Assembly (NCBI GenBank): GCA_965372715.1
Contig: CBDVDH010000008.1
Span: forward strand, 1 to 64,000
Length of the DNA stretch: 64,000 bases
Origin: an uncultured bacterium
Lineage (GTDB): Bacteria > B130-G9
Direction of reading: 5' to 3'
The notes below the pieces were generated by a model, which was not told where the DNA came from, searched no databases, and saw only the letters and a list, made by a program, of their open reading frames with translations. Positions 42,291 to 51,983 of the stretch are shown here, in pieces. How positions within the stretch are numbered: position 1 is the first letter of the stretch; each line of letters begins with the position of its first letter. Made by a program: the position numbers and the translations under genes.

Positions 42291-45131
42291 CTAGTGAACC
42301 GTTAGATACGGCCAGGTGTCACTCCTTTGACCCGCATTGTCGAAAGCCACGAGCTCCAGTATCATCCGACCGGCCGCAAGTCCCCCGACGCCAGAGTAGA
42401 ACGTGAAATCCCCGTCGTTGGCCACCTTGTCGCCCTGCGTTCCGTTGTCCCAGAGATAGACGCCGAGGGGCGATTGACCCTCGAGGAACAGCTCGACGCG
42501 GTCAATGCCGGTCCAGGACACACCGCCTGCGTCCCTAACCGTTGCTGTGATCTTCACCTCTCCGCCCTGTGTCGTAACTGATGAGCCCAAGAGGCTTGCC
42601 ATCTGTATGGTTGGCCAGCCATCTGAAGGGATGAAGGATGAATAGAGAAAGGACCGTTGACTGTCAATTCGCCGCGCGGCGAACCAACCGCCAACGGACC
42701 GACTGCTGCTCTTTACCGTCAGATACGGCCACATGTCGCTCTGCTGGCCGGAGGCGTCGGTCGCAACTATGCCCACGAGGTATTGCCGCGCGGCAAACAT
42801 CCCCGGGAATATGTAGATCGAATAGGAGTAAGTGCCATCGCCCGCCATGAAGTCTCCGCCGAGGCCATCGTCGTGCAAGAGGATGCCCGTCGGGGCGCCC
42901 TCGAAGTAGAGCTCGACTCTTGCCACGTCGTCTTTGCCGTCCGGGGTCGAGATATCCGCATATATGAAGAGGTCTCCACCCTCCACCTCGGAGATGTAAC
43001 TGCCGCCGAAAGTTACCCCTTCAATGACGGGAGGCTGGTCGTTTGAGGCGCCAGTCAGGGCGGCATAGACGTCGATTAGCCCGGCGCCTGTCTGATTGGC
43101 ATCACCGAGATACTTCGCGCATCGCTTGAGTCTATCCGCGACGTCAGAGAACGTCGCATCAGGCTGCTGCGAGCGCAGAAGGGCACAGGCGCCTGCCGTG
43201 AATGCTGCTGAATAGGCCGTCCCGTGGACATAATCGTAGCCGCTAGCGTAACCCTCGGTCGAGAGGTTGCAGGGATAGGTCGGCAGCGTTGTGAATATGC
43301 CGTCCTCGTCGCCGGGGCCGCCCAGCCCACCGGGAGCTGCGACGTCAACCTTTCTGCCCTCCTCGCTCCCGCCGACGTTGGAATAGGCCGCAAGCTGCCC
43401 GTCTCTGTCTGTCGCGCCCACCGCCAGAACGCGGTCGAAACTCGCCGGATAGCCAGATGCGCCGCCAGAATCGCCGGTCCCGGACACGACTAGCACGTCG
43501 CGCATCGCGGCGTAGTTCACCGCGTCCTCAAGCTGCGCGGATTTGGCGTCGAAGCCGACAGGCACGAGCACAATACTTGCGCCCATATCGACCGCGTATC
43601 GAATCGCCCTCCACATCGCCTGCCTCGAGCCGTCGAACTTCAGCGGCATGACCGAGGCGCCCCACGTTACACCTGTAACGTTCAATGGACTGCCGGTCTC
43701 ATCCACGAACTGCGAGGCGCTGTTGTTTGCGCTCGCTGCGACGATGCCAGCGACCGCGGTCCCGAGTCCGTCCTCGTCGAAGACCCCGTTGCTGCCCAGG
43801 CCGTCTCTTGTGAACGACCAGCCGAATACATCGTCGGTGTAGCCGTTCCCATCGTTATCGACGCTGTCGGCGTCGATCTCGTCAGGATTTAGCCACAGGT
43901 TCGCCCTCAGATCGGGATGGTTGAGGTCAATGCCAGTGCTAACGATGGCGACGATAACGTCGGCGCTGTCGCCCCGCTCGAGGCCCCAGGCAGCGGGGGC
44001 GTTTATATCGGCGATTCGGGTCGGGTCATAGAGCGCCCATTGTTTGTCGAAACTGACGTCGCAAGGCATGATCATCTCGCCGTCGGGCACGAGGTCGCAC
44101 TCAAAGATATTCATGCTGCCTCTTGCAACGTGAAAGGCCTGGAATAGGTGATCCGCATAACCAGGCTTGCTCACGCTGAGAGCGACGTTGTCAGAGACCG
44201 AAACCGCGCCAAAGCACACACGTCCGAGATGGTCGGAGTCCCGTGAGACCTGCTCGCCGCCGACGGTTACGGTAACTGTCGCGCAGGCGAGGGGGCAGCC
44301 TTCGGCGTTTTCGGAGCCATTGTTGACCTGAACCGCTACGGTTCCAGTTTCTCCGGCGCGCCCTGCGTCGATCCTGAAGACCTTTTTGGCATCGTAGTCA
44401 ACGGCCCAAAGGTATAGTCCGTCGAAGGCCAGCTCGTAAAGCCAGCTATTTGGCGCCACGAACCAGGAGTCAATCGAGGCATCTTCTCTGCGAACGAAAA
44501 CAATGCTGTCGCTCTGGCCGCACGTTGCTGAGACGTAGAGGTCCTTGCCGTCAGCGGCGAGGCCGAATCCCTGAACCAGTTCGGTGGCGCCAACGTTCGT
44601 GGGCAAGTCCGCTCTGTTGTGCTCGACACCGCCGAGGTCATACCAGATTAGCGTTCCGCCTCCCGATTTGGACTTGAGACAGACGAGGTGTTCGCCGTCG
44701 TAAGTCAGGCCGATCATGCGGCCATCCACCCAGAATGAGGAGACGAGGTGGCCGTTTTTGGGGTCAATACAAAGGAGCCTCGGCACCGAGCCCGAATCGA
44801 GGACCCATACATTCTCGCCGTCCCAGGCACAGCCGCGCGGCTGGACCTCGTCGATCGCGTTTTCGACATAATCGATCATAAACGATTCGCGGGTCGTGCC
44901 GCCAACCGTGTCGAGGACGTAGAGCATTGGCGTAACAAGTTGGCCCAGGACAACCACGCCGGAGCAATAGAGAAGCCCCACGTCATCTACGGTGAGGCCG
45001 CGCGGGTTGAGCTCTTGAGGCGCATCGAACTCGTATCCGATGTCGCCCATCTCCGCGAGCGCGAGATGGCCGTGACATGAGGCAATGGCCAACAAGCTAA
45101 TGATACTGAACGTCGAAATCGCTTTTCGCAT
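42291..45131 (-). CDS. Secreted subtilase-like protein lacking catalytic residues: N-terminal propeller, carboxypeptidase-regulatory-like domain, S8 fold, two choice-of-anchor-X-like domains
   Basis: Signal peptide; S8 framework ADINAPAAW, HPDLRANLWLNPDEI..DNDGNGYTDD..GW.F, VLAVGATD, AAYSN, VDVAAPG, GAGLID; LHDDGLGGDFMAGDGTYS and LWDNGTQGDKVANDGDFT. Confidence 0.9.
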   Translation of the reverse strand: MRKAISTFSIISLLAIASCHGHLALAEMGDIGYEFDAPQELNPRGLTVDDVGLLYCSGVVVLGQLVTPMLYVLDTVGGTTRESFMIDYVENAIDEVQPRGCAWDGENVWVLDSGSVPRLLCIDPKNGHLVSSFWVDGRMIGLTYDGEHLVCLKSKSGGGTLIWYDLGGVEHNRADLPTNVGATELVQGFGLAADGKDLYVSATCGQSDSIVFVRREDASIDSWFVAPNSWLYELAFDGLYLWAVDYDAKKVFRIDAGRAGETGTVAVQVNNGSENAEGCPLACATVTVTVGGEQVSRDSDHLGRVCFGAVSVSDNVALSVSKPGYADHLFQAFHVARGSMNIFECDLVPDGEMIMPCDVSFDKQWALYDPTRIADINAPAAWGLERGDSADVIVAIVSTGIDLNHPDLRANLWLNPDEIDADSVDNDGNGYTDDVFGWSFTRDGLGSNGVFDEDGLGTAVAGIVAASANNSASQFVDETGSPLNVTGVTWGASVMPLKFDGSRQAMWRAIRYAVDMGASIVLVPVGFDAKSAQLEDAVNYAAMRDVLVVSGTGDSGGASGYPASFDRVLAVGATDRDGQLAAYSNVGGSEEGRKVDVAAPGGLGGPGDEDGIFTTLPTYPCNLSTEGYASGYDYVHGTAYSAAFTAGACALLRSQQPDATFSDVADRLKRCAKYLGDANQTGAGLIDVYAALTGASNDQPPVIEGVTFGGSYISEVEGGDLFIYADISTPDGKDDVARVELYFEGAPTGILLHDDGLGGDFMAGDGTYSYSIYIFPGMFAARQYLVGIVATDASGQQSDMWPYLTVKSSSRSVGGWFAARRIDSQRSFLYSSFIPSDGWPTIQMASLLGSSVTTQGGEVKITATVRDAGGVSWTGIDRVELFLEGQSPLGVYLWDNGTQGDKVANDGDFTFYSGVGGLAAGRMILELVAFDNAGQRSDTWPYLTVH

Positions 45132-45213
45132 GGGCTTATTCTCCTTATACTAGTGCCGTTCTGATGTTGAAACAGGCGTTCGGCGCGCTCAGTTCCGCGA
45201 CCGGGACAGCGCC

Positions 45214-46617
45214 TCAGACTTGACGGGAAGTTAGCAGAACGCGAGCTACCTTTGCAAGCGCGGATGGTCCGAAGCGCCTCGTGGCCTCAATCAAGGGCGC
45301 GGGCCTCAGCCAAAAGCGTCTTGTGGCCTTTAGAGCAAGCTCTGAGGTCTCTCCCGCGAACGATGAATCAACTGATTCCCACCTCCGAATCTCGCTCTCG
45401 CTGAGCCTCTTCCGTTTGGCCACATCGTCCAGTCTAGAGCCAGTAGTAGCCCGCGCGTCTAAGAACTCGACCATGCTGGCCCCGCTTCTCGCTGCGAGCT
45501 TCATTGCCGATCTCAGGTCCTCGTCGCCGCGCGGGAAAAGCCCGGCCACAAAGCACAGGCAGGTGGCTATTCCGGCGTGTCGAAGCGTCCGAACCGTCTT
45601 AATACAGCTGAGTTCGTCCGAACGAGGTCCAAAGGAAAGGTCGGACATTGCTTTCTCCAGCGCGACCGGCAGAACGATTGTTGCCATGTCGCAGCCGGCG
45701 CTTTTGAGTTTTTGCGCCAGCTGCTTTGAGATGCTGCATTCGCACGCGCGGAAACTGAATGATATGGTTTTGAGGCCGGCGCGGGACATTTCGGCTACGA
45801 ACTCTTGCCACCAAAGATCAGGCGGAGCCAGGTTGTCGGCGACCAGCTCGAAGCTCCGCTCGCCTAGTTCTAGAAGCCCGTGGCGCATCTCCCTCACGAT
45901 CACCGATGGCCGCCTTAAGTGAGTTACGCCGCCCGAAAGACGCGGAACGATACAGTGAAGGCAATCGTGCTTACAGCCTACGGAGGCCAGAACGGGCAGG
46001 CGCACAACGCCACCCAGCGGCGAGCCGTAACAGGAACGCTTGAGCATCTCCCACTGCGGCCTGAGCGTCTGGTTGATGTCGGGCACACTGGTTCGCGTGA
46101 ATGACCGAATTATTAGCGATTGACCGACTCGCCGCGATTGGAACAGCCTGGGCGCCCTGGATGAATCGGTCAAACGTCCTGGACCGGCGAATCGAAATGG
46201 GTCGCTTATTATCCCGTCGAGTTCCCCACACTCCCAATGTATTCTCGCCTCCTCAAATAGCAGGTCCCGACCGCAAAGAACCGCGGCGCAGTCGGGAAGG
46301 AGAGTCTTCGTCTTCCGCACCGCCGCCATATCCTTGTTGAGGTTTGGAAGCGATGTGTCAAAGATGACGATGCTAGGGCGATGCCTCACGAGGTCCGATT
46401 GCAGGGCGCCCCACTCGAGCTGCTCCGCCTCGTAGTCCGCGAGCTTGCAGCGGAACCCCGCGAGGGACAGCTTGGCAGCGACGAGTAACAAGTTGAACGG
46501 GGGCGCCGCACGGGGCGAGGCGAGCTCGCATCGCGCGGTTGGCCACCAAGCCCGGGCGTCAGCGCCGCCCGGAACCCTGGCCAAAAGCGCCGTCTTAACG
46601 CTTGCGGCGTCTGTCAT
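45214..46617 (-). CDS. Divergent B12-binding-domain radical SAM protein
   Basis: GCKHDCLHC CxxxCxxC; N-terminal PPFNLL..AA.L...G..C...DYEAE; RRPS.IV.E; LKSAGC. Confidence 0.75.
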   Translation of the reverse strand: MTDAASVKTALLARVPGGADARAWWPTARCELASPRAAPPFNLLLVAAKLSLAGFRCKLADYEAEQLEWGALQSDLVRHRPSIVIFDTSLPNLNKDMAAVRKTKTLLPDCAAVLCGRDLLFEEARIHWECGELDGIISDPFRFAGPGRLTDSSRAPRLFQSRRVGQSLIIRSFTRTSVPDINQTLRPQWEMLKRSCYGSPLGGVVRLPVLASVGCKHDCLHCIVPRLSGGVTHLRRPSVIVREMRHGLLELGERSFELVADNLAPPDLWWQEFVAEMSRAGLKTISFSFRACECSISKQLAQKLKSAGCDMATIVLPVALEKAMSDLSFGPRSDELSCIKTVRTLRHAGIATCLCFVAGLFPRGDEDLRSAMKLAARSGASMVEFLDARATTGSRLDDVAKRKRLSESEIRRWESVDSSFAGETSELALKATRRFWLRPAPLIEATRRFGPSALAKVARVLLTSRQV

Positions 46618-46753
46618 TCTCCGTCAAACCTCCTCATGCACAACAGATATACACAGTTTGTGATCGGTTGGCGACTCCAATAACACGACCAACGTTGCTT
46701 ATCCCGCGTATATTTGAGGCTGCAACTCTCGTCCGTCCGGGGCAGGCTCGAAG

Positions 46754-46943
46754 GAGGCTGGGTCATAATTCGATTGACGAGGATTTCGTTGTCCATTCAG
46801 ACAAGAACGATACAGGGAATACGGCCGATTGTCATGATCAACGCGGCGGTTTTCATTCGCGACGCGATTGTGGGAATCGGCCTGTAGGGGCGTGGTCTGA
46901 GACACCGGCCCTACGCAACCGCAACGACTTATGACCCAGCCTC
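46754..46943. mobile_element. 190-bp MITE with IS1182-like terminal inverted repeats
   Basis: Perfect 15-bp TIR GAGGCTGGGTCATAA / TTATGACCCAGCCTC; flanks GGCAGGCTCG and CAAGCCTGCC form an interrupted hairpin; internal GTAG...CTAC REP. Confidence 0.8.
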
Positions 46944-46995
46944 GGCAAGCCTGCCACACACATCACGCTAGCCTTAATCCGTGAACAATACAGGC

Positions 46996-48015
46996 TCAGG
47001 AGATGAGGCGGAGCAGCTTCAGGAGACCCTGGCCGGGGAAATCGGCGCTCATTTCAGACGTCAGGCGCTCACGGTTCTCAACGAACCAGTCGTAGGTGCT
47101 ATTGAGGGCATCGATGGCATCTATCTTTGGTTGCCAGCCCAGCAGATTCTTCGCCTTCGAGCAGTCCAGCAGAAAATCCTGGTCCGCGATAAGATAGTGC
47201 TCCGTGCCAAGCGGCGAGAGCCGAAGCGCGTCCAGGATGACGAGGCAGAACCTTGCGAGCCATCCGGGGATGGGCACGACCTTCGAGCCGGTGCCGGCGT
47301 GCTGAACCAGGGCGTTCATCTGGTCAATGAGAGGCGGCGTGTTGTCCGCGCCGACGTTGAAGACCTCGCCCGCAACGTCTTCTCTCCATGCCAGAACGCA
47401 GGCCTCGATGAGGTCTTGGTAGGCGAGCATCTGGAAACGGTTTTGGCCGTCGCCGATTATGTAGATGCGCTTGCCGCGGCTCATCCAGTCGAAAAGTATC
47501 GTCAAAAGGCCCAGCCGGCCTTCGCCGATGATGAACCTGGGACGAATGATATTGACCTTCAAACCTCGGCTCATGAAGCGTTTGCAGACAGCTTCCGCCT
47601 CGAGCTTGCTTCGTCCGTAGTCCCCAACCGGGTGCGGGGTGCAGGCCTCGTCGCAGGGCGTCCTCTCCGGCCGGCCATACACGATGCTGCTCGACACGTG
47701 GACGACCTTTTGGACCCCGGCGTCCTCGGCGCTTTGCAGCACATTCCGCGTTCCCTCGACGTTGACTATCCAGAAGCGGCGTCCGGCTCTTGAACAGGGC
47801 AAAAGCGACACGAGATTGAACACTGCCTCGACGCCTTGCATCGCTTGTCTTAGCTGGGCCTGGTCGGCAACGTCCCCGTGGACAATGTCGAGATTTGGAT
47901 GCGAGAGGTCGAGCCCAGTCCGAATGTCGTATATCCTCACCTTCTCGCCTCGCTCGAGGAGCTTTTCGGCGAGATTCCGACCGACGAACCCCGCGCCGCC
48001 CGCTACAAGAAGCAC
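46996..48015 (-). CDS. NAD-dependent epimerase/dehydratase (extended SDR, 3-beta-HSD-like)
   Basis: GGAGFVG, VNVEGT.N, VSSSIVYG, YGRSK. Confidence 0.9.
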   Translation of the reverse strand: MLLVAGGAGFVGRNLAEKLLERGEKVRIYDIRTGLDLSHPNLDIVHGDVADQAQLRQAMQGVEAVFNLVSLLPCSRAGRRFWIVNVEGTRNVLQSAEDAGVQKVVHVSSSIVYGRPERTPCDEACTPHPVGDYGRSKLEAEAVCKRFMSRGLKVNIIRPRFIIGEGRLGLLTILFDWMSRGKRIYIIGDGQNRFQMLAYQDLIEACVLAWREDVAGEVFNVGADNTPPLIDQMNALVQHAGTGSKVVPIPGWLARFCLVILDALRLSPLGTEHYLIADQDFLLDCSKAKNLLGWQPKIDAIDALNSTYDWFVENRERLTSEMSADFPGQGLLKLLRLIS

Positions 48016-48066
48016 CTTCTCACCGGATTGTAATCTCGCATCTGTGTCCGTGGGGGCCTGGCTTGT

Positions 48067-48237
48067 GAGGGTGTGTCATAATTGCACGCGGTGTTGTGTA
48101 GGGGCGCGGTCCCTGACCCGCCCAGCCTACATGAATCCCTACGGATACGAGGCATCTTATGCGACCATCAATTCGAATCGAACGGGCGGGTCAAAGACCG
48201 CGCCCCTACACAACTGCAACGACTTATGTCCCAGCCG
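48067..48237. mobile_element. ~170-bp MITE with IS1182-like ends enclosing an inverted GTAG-REP pair
   Basis: Ends GAGGGTGTGTCATAA / TTATGTCCCAGCC; inner GTAGGGGCGCGGTC..GACCCGCCC and GGGCGGGTC..GACCGCGCCCCTAC; flanks GGGCCTGGCTTGT / ACAAGCACCGGCCC are palindromic. Confidence 0.72.
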
Positions 48238-48285
48238 ACAAGCACCGGCCCTAACGGCTAATTCCAGCAATCCAGGAAACACCCA

Positions 48286-49266
48286 TTAGATCATCCCAAC
48301 TTCTCTCGCCCATTCAATGGCCGCCGTGTAGCCCTCAACGATGCCGAAGTTGGTCTGCATCCCCAGAACATCTATCGATTTCTGCGGGTCGCACCCGACA
48401 TTTCTTATGGTCTCGCCAACGATGTGAAAGTCCTCGAGATAGACCCTGAGACTTGACGAGACTACGTCGATTACCTCGCATATCTTCCCCAGGAAGGCCG
48501 GCAGATAACGCGGCCTGATCTTTGCGCCGAGAATCTGGGCAAGCGCCTCGTATATTTTGATCGTGGAATAGGGCACTTTGTCCGCTATCCAGAACGTCTC
48601 GCCGTTAGCCTCGTCCTTTTTCTCCGCAAGCATTATGGCATCGACGAGCAGGGGAACATAGGTGAGGCTTCTCAGGTGCTTGCCGTCGCCGAAGACCAGC
48701 GGGCGCCCACCCTTCACCATGTTTATGAGTCTGACCATCCTGTTTGACATCCCAGGGCCAAAATACATGCAAGGCCTCAGGATAACAGCCTGCATCCCGT
48801 TGTCGCCGTGGTGCTTCATCACCGCGATTTCCGCGGCGCGCTTGCTCCGACCATAGGGGCTCTCGGGTTTGCACTCGCCCGTCTCGACCATCAGCGTTTC
48901 TCGGTTAACATTGAAGCCCTGGGCAGAATTGCTGCTTATGTGTATGAACTTGCTCACGCCCGATTTGACGGCCTCGTCCAGCATGTTGCGAGTTCCCTGG
49001 TGGTTGATCTGGTCGAAATCGGCGACTTTGGGCGGATGAATAACCCCGGCGCAATGAATAACTGTATGGATGTCGTTCGCGACCCCTTCCAGGCTCTTTT
49101 TGCTCCGAACATCGCCGAATACGATGTCCTTAACGCCAAGCTCCTCGAGCGGCTTTGCATCCATTCCCTTGAGAACGAGGCATCGAATCTCTCGATTCTC
49201 GTTCGCAAGCCTTTTGACAAGAGTTGTGCCCAGCCAGCCAGGCGCTCCCGTTACCAGAACCTTCAT
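48286..49266 (-). CDS. NAD-dependent epimerase/dehydratase (extended SDR)
   Basis: MKVLVTGAPGWLG, HCAG, INHQGT.N, YGRSK; RBS GGAGG. Confidence 0.92.
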   Translation of the reverse strand: MKVLVTGAPGWLGTTLVKRLANENREIRCLVLKGMDAKPLEELGVKDIVFGDVRSKKSLEGVANDIHTVIHCAGVIHPPKVADFDQINHQGTRNMLDEAVKSGVSKFIHISSNSAQGFNVNRETLMVETGECKPESPYGRSKRAAEIAVMKHHGDNGMQAVILRPCMYFGPGMSNRMVRLINMVKGGRPLVFGDGKHLRSLTYVPLLVDAIMLAEKKDEANGETFWIADKVPYSTIKIYEALAQILGAKIRPRYLPAFLGKICEVIDVVSSSLRVYLEDFHIVGETIRNVGCDPQKSIDVLGMQTNFGIVEGYTAAIEWAREVGMI

Positions 49267-49372
49267 CTCAAAGCCTCCCCAAAAGAGATTCTACTATCAC
49301 AACCGCCCTTGCCGGGACGTTACCAAAGGCCCCTGCTTCCCCGGACTCCTAATGGGATGCAGAATGCTCCCA

Positions 49373-49473
49373 ATTGTCATCTGAGTTCTGGGGATGTCAA
49401 GTTCTATTCTTTTCGCTCCTGGCGCAAACTTCCCCGCTATTCTGTTGACACCAGGGCACGATAGAAGTACCGT
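49373..49473. promoter_or_regulatory. Candidate divergent sigma70 promoters
   Basis: Minus: TTGACA-N16-GACAAT (49400-49373); plus: TTGACA-N17-TACCGT (49445-49473). Confidence 0.45.
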
Positions 49474-49579
49474 TGCCCAATGTCGAGGACACCTCTCCCA
49501 ATAACCCAATCGACCAAGAGATAACGCTGAAACCAGGATTTGAGTGAGGCCGTCCCTTAGAAAGAGAACTGTGAAAGCA

Positions 49580-51568
49580 ATGGGACTGACGAGAAACTTT
49601 GTTCTGCTAGTCCTTTTAACCGGGCTCGCGTTTCTTCTTTTCTGGAGTGTTATCGATTCCTTTTTCATGGGCGAAACGCTCGAGTACATTGGCCCGATCA
49701 ACAAGAGAGTGTTCTTTCACAACCTTTGGGGCGACACGTCCTGGATGAGCGCTCATTACGCAAGATGCGCAGTGCGTACGATGTGGGGCCTCGAGCGGCG
49801 CTTGTTCGGCCAGGACCCCGTCGGCTACCACGTTGTGAATATCCTCTTCCACATCGCGAACAGCTTGCTTGCGTTCCTGCTGCTCAAGAGAATTCTGGGC
49901 TCGGACAGGTCAGGGCTGGTCGCGAGCGCGTTCGCATCCTTGATATTCCTTGTCCATCACGGGTCGGCTGAGAACGTCAGGTGGATCACGGAGCGCTGGG
50001 ACCTCTCGATGTGCTTATTCTACGTTCTCGCGCTCCTGTTCTTCATGCGATACAAGAGGCGCACAGGCAGACCATACTTGCTGGCCCTGTCGGTGGCATC
50101 GTTCGCAATATCCTTGTGCTCGAAGGAGATGGCCTTCTCATTCCCAATCATGATACTGGTTTACGACTTCTATTACCTTTCGGGTCTCAAGAAGGTTTGG
50201 CCCCTTGACTGGCGCAGAGTTCTTGTCCATTTGCCGTTTTGGGTCACGGCCCTGCTGTATTTCGCATACCGATTCGCGCGGTATGCTAACGTTACGGATT
50301 ACAGGGCTGCGGTGAAAGGCACGCACACGCTCCTGCAAAGCGTCGCGACGTATTTCGCTTGGTTCGCCTACCCGTTCGGGATATGGGGCGCCATCGGGGT
50401 ATTCCTACTGGCCCTCGTCTTCGGCGGGAGGCGCCTGCGATTCCTGACCCTGTTCGTGTTGATCGCGCTCATTCCGGCATCTCGCATCCCTGAGGTCTGG
50501 CGTGGCTATCTGCCGACGTTCGGCTTCTCGATGCTATGGGGCGCGATATTGACGCGAAACTGGGTCGAGTTGTTCTCAAATAGGTGGCGAAAAGAAACGA
50601 CAGGGCCTGCAAGCAAGAGGCTAATCATCCTTATGCGATTGGTGCAGGGAGTGTTCTTTGCTATCATCATTGCTGCAAATGTCTATGCCACCCATAGGGA
50701 CAACCTAGCGTGGCGCCAAAATACGGCCAAGGAGGCTCTGCTTGCCAGGCAGGTCAAAGCCGACCATCCCCAGCTCCCGCCCGGCACAGAGATATACGTC
50801 GTCAACGTGGAGAGCGGACCTGACAAGCTACTCAAGCCCTGCTATTTGGCCCCCCCGCTGGTTTTTATGTACGATGAAACGCGAGTTGAAGGATTTTCGT
50901 TTCAACAGTTCTACTCCAATAGGACCCGCGCGGAGGTCCCATCACCGGACAGGCTGTATGTTTACGTTTTGAGGGGTCAGAATCTGCAAGAGGACACGGA
51001 CCTCAAAAGCCAGCTGCTAAAGAGAGAGGCATCTTTCTCAACCAATGCCACTATTGAGCTTCTCACCGAGAAAGTGATACTGCCGGCCTCCAGTCAGCGA
51101 AGCGGCCTCGAGAGTTGTCTTGCCCTTGAGGACCTCAGGCTTTGCCCGGAGATGGTCAATACGATACAGATAGGAATGGTGGCCTCAGCCGAAACTGACC
51201 TGAAGTCGACTCCGGGTGAGCTTCGTTGGCAGGCTCAAGACAAAGACGCAAGAGAGCTCTCGGCTAGTGTGGCGGAGTTCGAGGTGATTCCTGACGGGAC
51301 CGATAGAACATACCGCCTCGGTGTCGGTGCTTTCGCCAGTTGGGTCTTCGCGCAACAGATAGACGAGCTGACCCTTTGCTTTACACGAGGCGACGCAACG
51401 ATCAGAATTACCTCCGTAGAGGCGACGCAGAAGAGATTTCAGCAAACGAACGAGAAGAAGCCCGATTGGGAAGGCTTCGATGACCCGCTGCACGGCTTTG
51501 CCATGCCTCGATACATGCGCTTGCCCAAGGAGAAGCTCGACTACTTCCTGTACGCGGACCAGAAGTAA
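49580..51568 (+). CDS. Multi-pass GT-C glycosyltransferase-like protein (TMTC/PMT-related) with soluble C-terminal domain
   Basis: LFGQDPVGYHVVNILFHIAN, FLVH...E.V.WI..R.D, SLCSKEMA, ~10 TM segments. Confidence 0.8.
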   Translation: MGLTRNFVLLVLLTGLAFLLFWSVIDSFFMGETLEYIGPINKRVFFHNLWGDTSWMSAHYARCAVRTMWGLERRLFGQDPVGYHVVNILFHIANSLLAFLLLKRILGSDRSGLVASAFASLIFLVHHGSAENVRWITERWDLSMCLFYVLALLFFMRYKRRTGRPYLLALSVASFAISLCSKEMAFSFPIMILVYDFYYLSGLKKVWPLDWRRVLVHLPFWVTALLYFAYRFARYANVTDYRAAVKGTHTLLQSVATYFAWFAYPFGIWGAIGVFLLALVFGGRRLRFLTLFVLIALIPASRIPEVWRGYLPTFGFSMLWGAILTRNWVELFSNRWRKETTGPASKRLIILMRLVQGVFFAIIIAANVYATHRDNLAWRQNTAKEALLARQVKADHPQLPPGTEIYVVNVESGPDKLLKPCYLAPPLVFMYDETRVEGFSFQQFYSNRTRAEVPSPDRLYVYVLRGQNLQEDTDLKSQLLKREASFSTNATIELLTEKVILPASSQRSGLESCLALEDLRLCPEMVNTIQIGMVASAETDLKSTPGELRWQAQDKDARELSASVAEFEVIPDGTDRTYRLGVGAFASWVFAQQIDELTLCFTRGDATIRITSVEATQKRFQQTNEKKPDWEGFDDPLHGFAMPRYMRLPKEKLDYFLYADQK

Positions 51569-51633
51569 TCCGCCACAGGCTTAGCTCTACTTGTTGCATA
51601 AATGGACAATTGGAACTATTGTACAATAGCGTC

Positions 51634-51983
51634 GGGGGCGATTGGGTTCGACAGGGGTCGCTTCCGAAAGACGTTGCGTGCCGAGATCCCGCCTCTCTCG
51701 TTAAACGGTGGACCAGACGTAACAAACGTCGACAACTACGCACTGGCCGCTTAAAGCGGCGGCCGCGTCCCCCGGGCAAAGCCTATGAGCCCGGGTGTGG
51801 CGCTTAAACTATAAGGCTAGCGCGGGTGTTGCGCCTCATGGCGCCTGCGTGAAACACAAGTGAGGCTGGCGCCCGGAAGCCCGCCCGTGGGCACCCCGGG
51901 CCGCGAGATACAAACGCGGACTACGCACGTAGAGGCATCTTTTGGACGGCTCTTGGACGGGGGTTCGATTCCCCCCGCCTCCA
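51634..51983 (+). ncRNA. ssrA: tmRNA; tag ends ...VDNYALAA
   Basis: 5' GGGGGCGATTGGGTTCGAC; tag frame AACGTCGACAACTACGCACTGGCCGCTTAA; 3' GACGGGGGTTCGATTCCCCCCGCCTCCA with G3-U70 pair; upstream TTGCAT-N17-TATTGT. Confidence 0.96.

Noticed and set aside
46981-47793. 270-aa plus-strand ORF (also 55392-56168 and 37538-38170)
   Set aside because: Antisense to well-supported epimerase and glycosyltransferase genes.
51610-51807. 65-aa ORF and antisense ORF 51408-51779
   Set aside because: Both overlap the tmRNA.
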